NCBI GenBank assembly: GCA_002269645.1
Contig: NIVC01000080.1
Location: 62,001-126,000 of the forward strand
Direction: 5' to 3'
Length of the DNA stretch: 64,000 bases
Source of the DNA: Macrostomum lignano
Lineage: Eukaryota
In this document: positions 22,601-35,600 of the stretch, in pieces
How positions within the stretch are numbered: the stretch's first letter is position 1
Layout: each line of letters begins with the position of its first letter
Translations under genes and position numbers: made by a program
The notes under the pieces: model-generated
The model's database searches: none
What the model was told of the DNA's origin: nothing
What the model saw: only the letters and a program-made list of their open reading frames with translations

Positions 22601-24829
22601 TTTGCTTGGCATAGAGTGTAGCAGTTGCTTTACTTGCAGTCCAGTAGTATGGTAGAATGCGCAAGCTATTTTATTGCTTTTGTGTTAAATTTGCTGCAAT
22701 TAACTATAATAGAGCTACATTAGCAGCATTTAGTTCATACAAAAATATTTCTCTGTTGATCCCCAACGGGGGGGGGGAATCAGACCCACGTGTCCCAGAT
22801 GATCAGACACCAGCATAGCCATAGAATCACGCGGCCACCTTGTAAATATTCTGGGATTAATTAATGAATTACGGCATAGGGAACAGTTCTGCTGTCCTCA
22901 ACCCTCGGTAACTCACATCTTTCCAATGTCCGAGAGAGCCACATCGATTGCACGGTGTCCGAGTCAGCAGGCCGAACCGATGACAGGCTTCTACGCCGTG
23001 TCCGGAGGTCAAGCAGAGTGGACAAAGCCTGGCCGGGCAGCTGGTTTTTGCATGACCCTCGCAGCCGCATAGGATACAAACTGGACCGGCACGGGAGCAC
23101 TGCTCGCTTAGATGGCCGCGTTTTAAGCACACACTGCACTCGACCTGCATTGGATCAATAGGCTGCTGCTGGACTGCGGCAGCTAAAGCTGGGCTAATTA
23201 CGCGTTGCTGTTCCAGTCGCCTTGGCAACAGATCTTCCGGATCGACACGCCAAAGATCTGCAATAAAGCATGCATTTTAGTTAAGTTGGTTAGCCAGTTC
23301 ACAAGGCGGGCACCGGCGCAAATCAAGGCGACAGTCGATCCGCAGTCAGCGAGGGGCCAAGCCGTCATGCTCTGAGCATGCACACGCACTCATAAGCAAG
23401 CACTCAGTGAGGCTCAGGCACGCTGAAGTCGATGCAGTATTGATTTTGAAACCCTACGCATAAAAGAGGGTGTCTCAAACAAGAAGTGGTGCTTATTTAC
23501 TTGCAAATTAGAGGACACATACATAGCAGCACTTTTGTGCATGACCTTGAAATCAAAGTTGACAGGCATGCAAGCTGAGATATTGATGGACCAAAAGTCA
23601 ATACATTTATTTTAAGCATTTCTTGTATATGGTTAACAATCATGAAAAGCGTGCCTCAAAGCATCAAAATGATTAACTGCTTGTTTCAAAAATAAACTGA
23701 GAAGTTTATGTAAAAATGCTAATCATGGATGTGCACTCTAAAAAAAGACAGCGATATGCCATATTCACTTTCTAGAGCATTTGAAAAGTTTGGGATTTTC
23801 GCTCCCCGGCCGCTGCCCTCTCTTCCTCTTGCCTCTCATTTCTCCCCTCACCTTGTTTCTCTATCCTCTCCTCTGAATCCTCTCCCCTTTTCCTACTATT
23901 TTGTGTTCTCTATTCTACCCTCTACGCAGTACCAAATACACAGAAGAAAAACAACTTAATGCGCTTCTTATTCAGTTTGACAACACTGGCCCGGAGACAT
24001 AAGTTGAATCATTTATCTGACCCTCAAAGTATACATGTTGGTCCCAACAGCTATGCAGATAAAATAGGAGGTAGGCTAAATAAGAAAGCGTGTACATTTT
24101 ATACTTACCTTTATCCGGTCGCATATCGACCAAAAACTCGGCCAAATCACGCCTGTGCACCCGATTGAAAGCTGGCGCATGATGGGCCGTTGCCTTGACG
24201 CCCAGAGTAACACTATCATCATCGTTATCGCCATCAACGGCAAGGACACTGATATCAGTTTCATTTTCAAGCCTGCGCTCATCTTTAATAATAGAGGCCG
24301 CCAATTGATCATTGATAGATTGCAGAAAACGCATTTCGCGACTAGTGCTAGCTATAGCAGGTGTATCTGCAGGAATGGTTGCAGTTGCAGCACTACTTTC
24401 TTCGCTGCCTGCAAGCTGCTTCAGTTGTTCAATAACTCTACGCTTTGCACTGCCAATCAAACCTCCAATGCTGCTGTCACTGTCACCATTTTGCCAACCT
24501 TTTTTACGTCTCTTACGCCTTTGACGCGAGGTAGTAGTAGGCTCTGTTTCAGCCGGTTCAGCTGTTTCAGGAACATCAGCAACATGAGAGGTGCTATTAA
24601 CTGCTGCATCAGAGTTTAACACAGATAAACTGCAACTGTCAGTTACTGTGGATTCTGCAACTTCATCAATGCCGCCAGTGTCAATGCAAATGCCAGTGCG
24701 GTCAACAAAGAATGGCAATTGCTGATTGAGCTGCTCAGTTGATTTCTTGTGTGCATTGCGATTTAAAGTCTTTGTTAAATTAATACCTCTTAAGCCAGTC
24801 TTGACCTCCCGCGGTGTGTTTGTGTCCAT
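19626..24829 (-). CDS. ZCCHC7/Air1-like multi-zinc-knuckle protein (TRAMP-type). Exons 24829-24109, 23257-22917, 19841-19626; final exon(s) not resolved
   Basis: Four consecutive CX2CX4HX4C-type knuckles (CSVCLKRGHLSEQC, CILCGCEGHAKTSC, CPLCLTSGHGVEAC, CNRCGSLGHWKD) and a fifth AYCCNCARRGH after a spacer, the arrangement seen in ZCCHC7/Air proteins. Splice phases are compatible (1,0) and the N-terminus is acidic/Ser-rich. Confidence 0.75.
21211..21242 (+). repeat. Short interstitial (TTAGGG)n tract, about 5 units
   Basis: AGGGTTAGGGTTAGGGCTAGGGTTAGGGTTAG seen directly. Confidence 0.85.
21945..22564. mobile_element. 620-bp MITE-like DNA transposon with repeat-containing TIRs and 8-bp TSD (Merlin- or MULE-like)
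   Basis: The left end GGATTACAGTCGTTTCGGTGACAAGACGTTTCGGTGACAA is inverted at the right end (...TTGTCACCGAAACGACTGGTACCC). ATAGTAAC flanks both sides (21937-21944 and 22565-22572). Confidence 0.85.
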
Positions 24830-26371
24830 GATGTCTAGGTTTAATAGTCAGAAATGTGATGAATAAAATTGAGCTATAACAATATCTGCTAAAATACCTT
24901 TCAACAAATAAATGAAGCTGAAATCCATAAGGACAGTATAACAAAATTTACTAAATTATTAGTTACCAACAACAAATAACAATAGCAAATGGATATAATG
25001 GATAAGACATGTACACTCCAACTTAATGTTGATTAAGTGGTATTTTACAGATAGGCTTCTGTGTACATAGAAAGGCTTAAAAGTTTAAGGATTTTGTGGA
25101 AGGCCTTTTTTATACAATAAATAAATATTTTTGTACAGCTTAAATTTGTATGCAATCTATGGTAATACTTTCCTTAAATATGCCAGAAAACTATACACAC
25201 TTTTATTTTTGTTTTAAATGACCAAACATTCAGCATACTTGTCAATAGATACAAATTTTGTGATGATTAGGGCAACTGTTTGCTTACTTGATGTGACTTA
25301 ATTTAGAGTAGATATGGGACAAATATTAAGAGTATTTAGAATCAAAATCAAATTGGCAAAATATTTGGTTCAAATCAGAAAGTTGACAATCTGAATACTA
25401 AATAGTCACTTTGATATGGCTCAAAGATATGGAACAAGTCAAGATTGAGTACAAGTATTGGTACTGTAGCTAATAAATGATGGGAAAGAATTAGGGATAG
25501 ATAGGAATTAGGGAATTAAGGACTGAGAAGTTTGCATTTAGAGTTTAGAGTTTAAGGGGTTGTGGGACTATGGGATAGGGTTATGGGATTGGATTATGAG
25601 ATAGGGTATGATTATGGGTTGTGGGACATGGCACATCTTAAGGCAGGGAGGGGTGCCTGAGCAGTTGCAAGCAAATTTTACTCAGAGTACTGAGGCTTTA
25701 AGAGAAATAGGGCATTAGAAATGAAGTTTATGAAACATAGGTTCAATTGCACTAATTCCTACAAACTCAAAGGGGTTAAGGTTGGCATTTGGTCTAGGTG
25801 CATTTCATTAGAAAAGAAGTAAAGATACAGGCCTATTGGTTGAGAGCTGCTAGCTTATAAAGAAAATAGGGCTAGATATAGAAAAATATATTCTTCTAGC
25901 AGTTAGTATAACTACTTAGATAGACATTTTTACAAGTTTAATCATTGCAATTCATGGCTTTACCAAATTACACAAATGTGGCAAAGAATTTTCTTATAGC
26001 TATTTAAAATGTATGTCTTTTGTGAATCATTTTATCACTGTTCCTTTAAATATATTGTACTTAAAATGAAAATATGAAATCCAAACCATATTCATATTTA
26101 TAATTGCTTTTATAGCAAACTATCCAAAATGAATTCATTTTAACAATCAATTAGCACTTCTGACAAATGACTAATGAGTAGTATAGTGAGATGGGTATAT
26201 TATTGACTGAAATATTTGTATTTGGTCTTATTCAATATTTGAATTGGTTTTGTCAGATATTTGAATCAACTTAAATTTGTTTAAAAAATTCATTTTATCC
26301 CATTTTTAATTAAGAGACTCAAAATTCATGCTATGATTTGCTACATATAATTGCACTATTCATGTGATCAT

Positions 26372-28529
26372 TGTAGAGAAAATAATAACATAAATTAAAT
26401 TAGAGTTAAATGAATAGACAGAAGAGAAGTAAGGAGCAGTAAGTAGGTGCAGGGCCCAAACCAGTATATTTATACAACATTAAATTTCAGGGGGGGGGTT
26501 TGAATTGAAGATAATAAAGAAAGGGGTGGAGTGCGCAACTAGAGAGGTGATAATGGAGAGCCAATCAAAAGGCAGCAAGGTAAGATAAGAATAACAAGAT
26601 TGAATGAGACAGAGAGCAAAAACAGAGTAAACAGAGACAAGTGAAGGTGAACTAAAGAAATGACTAAGAAAGTAACAACACTCCACCCAAAAAATGGAAC
26701 ATTTTTTAATTCTCAAGTAGCAATGGGAATTGCAAGTTTGGTTGAACTGAGTAGAGTTTTAATTGGACAACAAATCCAAACAGGTGTACAACCATCAGAA
26801 AAGTCTAATACAATATCAATACAAATACAAAATGACATTCCAAGCTACAAAATTTTTGATCTCATGCAAAGTTAAGAGTTTTGACAAGTTAGACTTTGAA
26901 AAGAATAAATGTTTTACACGATAGACTGAATAGACAGAATAGAGATGAGACTGGATAGACCTGCCCTCCTCCTTAAAAATTTGCAATTTTTAACAAAGAC
27001 AACTGGTTCATGTACAGTACAGAAAAAATGTTAAAATATTGTCAGTTGAGTACAAGAGATGAGATGAGATGAAAATCAAGTTGATGAAAAGAATGACTGG
27101 AGACATTGACAAGAGAGGAGTGGAACTGAGTGAAGAAAATCTGACAAGAGACTAGTAAGATTGACTGCCAACACAGACTCCAAAGACATGACGATGGCCA
27201 GAGTTGAATTGTGACTATGCTGCCGGCACTGCCTCCATCATCATGAAGTCATGTATAGCTAAAACAGTTATGCAAACTGAAACAGATATATCAGCAGTGT
27301 AATAAATCCGCTTTTCAGCTGTTTATTCATTGAAACAGATATATCAGCAGTGTAATAAATCCACTTTTCAGTTGTTTATTCATTTACTGTCTTTTTAATT
27401 TCCTATTTAATTCAATATTTAATTGCGATACTGTATCACGAGCTTTCAAAAATACTATATCTTTTTACAAAAATCGCCTATTATTGAGAACAATCCTCAA
27501 TTATACTAGATATTTGTTATATTGACAAAATAATATTTAACTACATTTTCTGAATCGCATTTTAGAAGAATCATTTTGCATTAAGGTCATATATATACAA
27601 CATCGATTTTCTATTTTTCCCTGCTTAGATTCTTGCTGCTTCCGTTGTTAGTCGTTAATCGGCTAAAAAACCATAAAAATTCTTAACGCCCTTTCAAATA
27701 CCTTACTTAATACAAATATCGTGTAGTACTTATTTTCAGCAACCGTGTAAAATTTAACCTTTTGAATAAATAAATTGGATCATTAAGTAAGTAATCATTA
27801 AGTAATCATCATGGATCATTATACAGGCTAATTAAGCCTGAGCCAAATTTACTACTACTACTACTACTGCCTCCCAAAGACAAGATCAACAGCTGAGTAA
27901 GAGAATATGCTGCCAGCCCAACTCCAAAGCAGAGACCGACAGCCCAAGTAAAGCTGCGAAAATGCTGCCAGCCCAACTCCGAAGCAGAGACCAACAGGCG
28001 ACAGTCTAAATTGAGATGCGAAAGATATTATGTGAAGATTTGAGAACCTGTTCACAAAGTGACAAAAGGTGAAAAGAGGCTGACAGATGAGACAATTGAG
28101 AGGCCAGCAGACAGCAGACAAGGCAATTGAGCAATGATGATAGGATGAGACAATGATAAGATGACGCATGACAAACAAAGCCAGCCAGCCAAGCTGGCAC
28201 TTAATAAACTAACTACATCTTAGGTTCTATTTTAGTTCAGGCACCATGTAGAGAAAATAATAATATAAATTAAATTTGAGTTAGATGAATAGACAGAAGA
28301 TAAGTAAGGAGCAGTAAGTAGTTGCAGGGCCCAAACCAGTATATTTATACAACATTAAATTTCAGGGGATGTTTGAATTGAAGATAATAGAGGGGTAGAG
28401 TGCGCAACTAGAGAGGTGATAATGGAGAGCCAATCAGAAGGCAGCAAGGGAGAGAGATAAGAATAATAAGATTGAGCTAGACAAAGAGAGAGAAAATAGT
28501 AAACAGAGACAAGTGAAGGTGAACTAAAG
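26372..28529 (+). repeat. Local direct duplication of about 285 bp (26372-26659 and 28247-28529)
   Basis: Both copies share TGTAGAGAAAATAATAA...GCAGGGCCCAAACCAGTATATTTATACAACATTAAATTTCAGGGG...GTGAAGGTGAACTAAAGA with scattered substitutions. Confidence 0.9.
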
Positions 28530-29449
28530 AATGAAATGTCTTATTCACTTTTGTCAAAAAAATATTATACAATCTTCCCATTTAAATCATTGCAAAAAAA
28601 CTGAATATATAGGCCCCATTTTTGCCTTTTCTTGCACTAGGTGCTATTTTTTATTTGATATGTTACTTGTAGTGAAAGCATAGGCCCTAGAACAAAATAT
28701 AATTATTATATGATAGGGCCTATCTTTATCTTTTGTTGATTAACAACATTGCTTTTTTCATTCATTTATTAATTAGGATTATAAGACAAAACTGAGTATA
28801 ATTGGGGATTGCAGGAAAAAAGAATGCGAATAGGCCTAAAGTTGAAAATTTTCAAAATTTCAAGGATTATTAACTATTAAGGATTATTTCAAGTATTATT
28901 ATAGCTAGCTAAATAGTGATAAGCTTATTTGACTAGTAGACTAGTTTGTCTTATTTGACTAGTCTTATTTGACTAGTTTGATTAGCTAAATTTTAATAGG
29001 TTTATTTGACTAGTGCTAGCTAAATAAACACATTTTATTATTTAGCTAGGCTTTATATGTTTAGGCTAGCAATCTTTTACTTTGTGGCATTAAACTGTTT
29101 TTGTTTTATTCAACTTATTAGACATAAAAAGGTTGGCACACATTGGGTAAACCTATTTTTATAGTCAACAAGCTGTTGAAACCCGTGGATTTTGAACCCG
29201 GGGAATTCCAATCCCTGGAACTACTTTTGCATGTATTCTGAAATCTAAGGCCATACACAAACAAATTAATGTTAGTAGGATAGAGGTAGACATAAAATGG
29301 AGCACATTCGTGTAAAATTAGGGTTTGAGGCAAACGTTGATATTGTTTGCTAGGGTACTCCACAGAATGCCAGGCAATGTCTGTCTGACTCTAAAACATG
29401 TATTGGCACACTCTGGCCTCTCCCTGACTTTCCCTATGTCCCTTGGATC

Positions 29450-30112
29450 CTTTAAAATTTCTATTGTCTCTTCTGTTTCCTTTCTTCTCTCTCATCCCTC
29501 GTCTCTCGTCTCTCGTCTCTCTTCTCTTCTCTCGTATCTTCCCTCATCTCTCTTCTCTTTCATCTCTCTTATCTCATCTCTTCCCTATTCTTTTCTCTCT
29601 CTTCTCCTCTCTCCTTTCTACATTTCATTTTCTCTCTGCTCTCTTCTCTCCTCTCTACTCTTTCATTTTCTCTCTCCTCCCCTCTCTCCTCTCTCCCATC
29701 TTCTTTTGTATATTCCCTCTCATCTTTCTTCTCTATCATATCTTTTATCTCATATCTTCCCTCTTCTTTTCTCTCTCCTCTCCTCTCTACCCCTCTTCTC
29801 TTGTCTCTTCCTTGTCTTCTCTATTCTTTTCTCTCTTCTCTTAACTCTCTCCTCTACTCTCTCATCTCTCCTCTCTATTCTTTCCTCTCTCTCTCTCCTC
29901 TCTCCCCTCTTCTCTCGTCTCTTCCCTCACCTCTTTCCTCTCTCTCTTTCCTCTCTCTCTTTCCTCTCATCTCTTTTCTTGTATTATCTCTTCTCTCTCC
30001 CCTCATCGCTCGTCTTTTCCCTCACCTCTCTTCTTTTTTGTCCGCTCTTTTATCTCTCCTTTCTCTTCTTTTATCTTTTCTTTCTTATCTCTTCTCGTTA
30101 CTCTTTGCTCTG

Positions 30113-30187
<75 letters not shown>

Positions 30188-30950
30188 CCCATCTCTCTTC
30201 TCTCTACTCTCTCCCCTCTTCATTCTCCTATTTCCTCTTCTCTCTCCATCTCTCTTCTCTTCTCTAGTCTCTGTAATTTTTTCTCTCTTATCTCTCCTCT
30301 GTTCTCTCTACTCTCCTATCTCTTTCTGTTCATCTGTTCTGCTCTCTCATTTGTCATCTTTACTCTCTTATACGTTCTCACTTATCTCCTCTGTACTCTT
30401 CTCTTTCACCTCTTCTGACTCTTCTCTTTCCTTAATCCTTTCTTTTCTCTTCGCTCTTCTCTATACTCTCTCTCCTCTATTATCTTCTCTCGTCTCTCTC
30501 TACACTCTCCTATCACCTTTTTCTCTCATCTCTTCTTTCATCTGTCTCATCTCTACAATCTCATCTCTTTCCTCTCTCCTCCTCTTCCCTTTACTCTCTC
30601 ATCTCTCCTTTCTCCCCTCTTCTTTCTCTTCTTTCACCACTCTCTTATCTCTATCTCTTCTCTTCTCACTCCTCTATCCCCCTCTTATCTCCTCTCTTCT
30701 CTATCCTTTCTACTCTTTCCTCTCTAATCTTTCCTCTCCTCTTGACCCTCTGTCATCTTCTTTCTGCTCTCTCATCTCTACTCTCTTCTCAATCTTCTCT
30801 ACTTTCTTCTCTCATCAATCCTCTGTCTCATCTTTCCTCTCTTCTCACCTTTACTCTTTCCTCTCCTTCTTTTCTCCCCTCCTCTCGCTTCTTCCTCCCT
30901 TCTTCTCTGCTCTCTCCTTACCACTTTTCCTTTTCACTCTCATCTGGCCC
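29450..30950 (+). repeat. About 1.5-kb degenerate CT-rich polypyrimidine tract with a perfect (CT)n core near 30119-30181
   Basis: Almost exclusively C/T on the plus strand. It produces the spurious Leu/Ser ORFs in the track. Confidence 0.97.
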
Positions 30951-32696
30951 ACAGCCATGAGCTAGATTCTTTATCTGGCCTTTGAGATAAAAATCTGCCA
31001 ATCCCTGCTTCGAAAGTACTATCATGGTTGTTATCATTTCTCATGCTTTAATCACGTCATCTTTCTGGCCAATTAGCAGCCCTGAGAGGAATTTGTGTAT
31101 CTCCATTCTCTAGCACCACCACCACAGTCTGCAGCAGTCTAACAACCAAGGAAATACGTATTTCTTAGGAGGCCATTTAAATTTTAAAGTTACCCTATGC
31201 GAATCTTAATGTTAAAATTTTCATGGTGTAACTAATTTAGTAGGATTGCATTGTAATCAGTTATTCATTAATCCTATATACTAAAAATGAAATGTCTGTA
31301 ACTAACTAGCTATGCGATAGATTTCAGAAAAATTGGCTCAACCGATTTTCTTCAAACTTGCACCATTCGATCAGAAATTTTCCATGGACGGTACATGCAT
31401 ATTGGCTAAGAAATTGCTCAATGTTAAAGGGATTAAATATTCGAAAAACATGCTTTTTTGCAAAGGTCAAGCAGCTCTTTCGACCTGGAATGCATTGTAT
31501 GAGTTGTAAGAATGCTAGAGAAAAAACCTACTGGCTGAATTCCGATTGTGATAAAGATTGCATCACAACTGAATTGTAACTCCGACTTGAATTGCGTCAC
31601 AGTGTTGAAAACACTCTGTGGAAACATAGCACGAGACTTGATTTAGACTGCGTAACCATATTGTTAACTTTAATTAGAACTGATACTGACCGATTGAAAA
31701 ATTGATTATGTCATAACTCTCATAACTGCTTCGTGTTCATCTCTGCTTCGTGCTCATCTCGATCGCGTTAAACATACGAGTAAAAGAAGCGTTATGTAAA
31801 ACGCTTAGTGGGGGAATTGCTGAGATGTCGATGCTTACTCCAGAACCAAGAACCAAATGTTTCATTTCAAGCATAAGTAGCTCATGTAAAGCATAGAATA
31901 TAAACGAATATTCCATAACACATGCCTTTCTGCAAGGGTCAACAGAACTTTCTACTGCGAGCCATTCTGACTGGAATTAAACTAGGCAGCGTCAGTAAAT
32001 TAGTATTTTTTGTCGCCACTCTAGAGAATTATAAATGTACACTGCGAGAAGAGATGTGTATTATAAAATGTTCACGTGCACAATTAACAAACTAACTTTA
32101 AAAGCTGGAAATAGGGAGAGTGAGAGAGTGAAACACATACGAGCGTACGAGTATATTTAATCGATTCACATCGCAAGCTAAAGCTAAAGAAACCTGAGTT
32201 GCCTTTTCATATGCGATATTCAAGACCCCCAATCTATAGGCTAAAGTACGTTTTAGTAAGACCGTCGTATCATAAAAAGTGCATACCATCCATCGATAAA
32301 TAGAATTATTATTAAATGCCACAGAGATGTACATTGGCTACTGAGATTTGCGCCTCCTTAAGAAAATTTATCTCAATCCTTTAACATGGGAGAGTTAGCC
32401 TTAGGCTTAAAAATTCATTACAGTACTGGGCCAAGGTGTTTTAGAGAGAATATTAAATAATAAAAAGTCCTGACCAATTAGCAGGCGGGTGTTGGAGACA
32501 GAATTTAGGCTTGCTGTACACACTGACAGTCTGACGACAGTGTACAAATGGTGTCCAGCTTTTTGGGGTTGTGTGGTTGATGAGTTTAAAACGCGTGACA
32601 TGATAGATTTCATACCATACTCTTTTCTTGCACACAACCCCCATACTATTTTTTCATTATCACTCAAAATTCTTATTTTTCAATTCGAATTCCAAT

Positions 32697-35600
32697 ATGG
32701 CTCGACGTGGCACCAGCGCATTGAAGAAGAGCAGAGATGCCAAGAAGAAGCGTCAGCAAGAGAGTGCCGTTCAGCGAGAAGAGCGCCTGATGAGACTCCG
32801 ACAGCAGGAGGCTGAGCGAAGAGCAAGTGAAACCGATGCTCAGCGAGAAGAGCGCCTGACGAGACTCCGACAGCAGGAGGCTGAGCAAAGAGCAAGTGAA
32901 ACCGATGCTCAGCGAGAAGAGCGCCTGACGAGACTCCGACAGCAGGAGGCTGAGCAAAGAGCAAGTGAAACCGATGCTCAGCGAGAAGAGCGCCTGACGA
33001 GACTCCGACAGGAGAATGCTGAGCAAAGAGCAACTGAAACAGACGCTCAGCGTGAAGAGCGTAGATCTGCAGACAGAATTCGTGCAGAGAAGCGACGCGC
33101 TTCAGAAACCGAAGATGAACGAAGAGCTCGAATCGAAGCCGAACAAATTCGCCGTCGAGGAGTGTCGGTTAGCAGGTAGGATGACGTTTTAATCTGAGCT
33201 ATTATATATTTCTGTGATCATTCTTAACACACTGTGACCGTTAAATGATAATAATCAATGTGCCCGTTGTGTTCATGTTTATTCTTTTATGGGTATTTTG
33301 TATTGTAGTTGTTGTTTAATTGGTACATAGGCTTATACTGAAAAACTAGAGCCCATTTCTAAGTCTTTTAACGCAATTTTTCTCATATTTTTGAGATAGG
33401 CTTCCAGGAATTATACATATGAGATAAGTATTTTAGATAGAATCTACAATTAAAATAAATTCGGTTTCTAATAATATTAAGTTTTGAAGCCTGTTTCTAA
33501 GAATATTATATGTGTGAGTCGGCTTCGAAGAATCTTAAATCTATGAGATAGGTATTTAATATAACAATATTAATTTATGAGAATCGGTTAAGCATTTTTT
33601 ACTGATGAAAATGGTTTTCGAAGAATCTTTGTTTATAATGCAATTACATTTTAGACTGGTTTGTAAGAATGTAGAATGGCATAAAAATATTCTTCACTAT
33701 TCTAAGAACCGCCAAATGAAGTTGTGTATAATCCAAATATACTAAATCTTTATTTCCTCTATTCCAGGTTTGATAGTAGTGAGTTGGCCACACCGTCTGT
33801 GGTACCTTTTGATGCGTTGCGCATAATTCGAATTCCTGGTGATGGGAACTGTTTTTTTCATGCAGTCTGTGACCAGTTGCAGGGCACTCCACTTGAGACC
33901 GATGCAGCATCTTTAAGACACGAGCTGACGAGCCGTGTAGTGCAGATTATGCCAGAATTGATTGAACAAGGCTTTGTTTTGCCAGAAAATGCTGATTTCA
34001 TTGTTGATTCATCTTTTTCTGAAGGCACATATGTGCCTGATGAAGTTGTTCCGCTTTTAAGCCGTTGTTTTAATGTTGATCTGGTAATTTATCAAGAAAA
34101 TGGCAGTGTATTGCAGTACTGTATGTCCCCTTTGCAGCCACCGATTGCAATCGTCCGAATTCTTTTGCGTCATGAGCATTATGAGTCATTGCGATTTGCT
34201 AATCCGATTTCAGTTTCTGAGCCCATTGCAGATGCAGAGGAGCCAAGATTAACTCAGCAGAGTGCAGGTCATTTTGGCGCAAGACCTGCTCAAGAGAGGT
34301 AGGTCATTGGTGTGACTGGTCATCATAATTTATTTGTCATCGAAATCAAGTTTTAAGTTTTATTCTAATATTTTTTTGTAAAATGAAAGATTAACCGGGA
34401 AAACTATTTGCCATTAATCCTTCCTAATCCTAATCCTTCCAATCACAGGCCAGAACGGATTATCAGGCCTGAAGCGCCAGCCCATAACTGTGGCCCAATG
34501 GACAGAGCATGCGACCAATGCGGTGCATTACTTTGGTGCTCTGAGACGAGGAATTTCTGCTGCGCCAAAGGCAAGGTAAAGCTACCCAGCCGCACCGTGC
34601 CTCAAGTGCTGGCGGATCTGTACATGGGGCAGCACAGAATGAGTGCTGAGTTCCTGACCAACATTAGAAGTTACAACTCGGCGCTGCACCTGACATCGCT
34701 GGGTGCCAAACTGCGGTTGGTGCCAGGCTGGTGTCCCAGCTTCATCATCAGCGGCCAGTTGCATCACAACACGGCGTCGCTGTTTGCAGAAGATTCAGCT
34801 GAGCCCCATGGCTGGCAAGTGTATTTCAATGATCGCGAACTTGAAAGCCGCCAGAGTCTCAGCCAGAAGGTGAAGCCGGAGCTACTGGAGCTGCTGCAGA
34901 CGCTGCTTCACGAGTGTAACGGCTATGTCCGCAGCCTGAGGGCAGTCGCTCATCGAATCAGTCAAGATCCGGAGTTGGGAGATGCGCGAATCGTGATTCA
35001 CCCTGACCGTCGACCATCTGGGGAACACATTCGGTATGTCTGCAAGACACTTTAATAACATATTTTGCGTAATAAAGTATCTAATTATCCAATTTGTACA
35101 GACTCTGTATCCCACAAAATCCGTTTGAAATCAGGCGCTACAACTTGCCTACGGCGAACGAGGTCGGTATCCTGATCGTTGAGGACAATGAGAACACACC
35201 GGCCAGTCGGGACGTCGTGATTCAGCTGCGTGGAGGCGGTTCCCAGCGAATCAGTGAGACGCACCGCTCATACGACCCGCTGGAGTATGTGCTGCTGTTC
35301 CCGAATGGCGAAGATGGCTGGCACCCGGAGTTGCTGATGAGTAATGGCAAGAAATTAACGCCCATGAAATACTATGCGAGCGAAATCATGGTGCGAGCGG
35401 GCCAGTTCAGTGTGCTGCACTATGGCCGAAGATTATTTCAGCAGTACTTGGTGGACATGTGTGCCAAGATTGAGGCAGAGAGGCTGCTGTATTTGCGGAC
35501 CCATCAGCAGGACCTGCGCAGCGAGACGTATAGCGGTCTGCGGGACGCTTTGTTTGCGGCTGATGGCAGGTCTACCGACAGAGATCCGAGTGACATAGGC

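Noticed and set aside
29325-30965. 546-aa, 205-aa and other Leu/Ser-rich ORFs
   Set aside because: They are translations of the CT-rich tract, which cannot form stop codons. There is no domain content.
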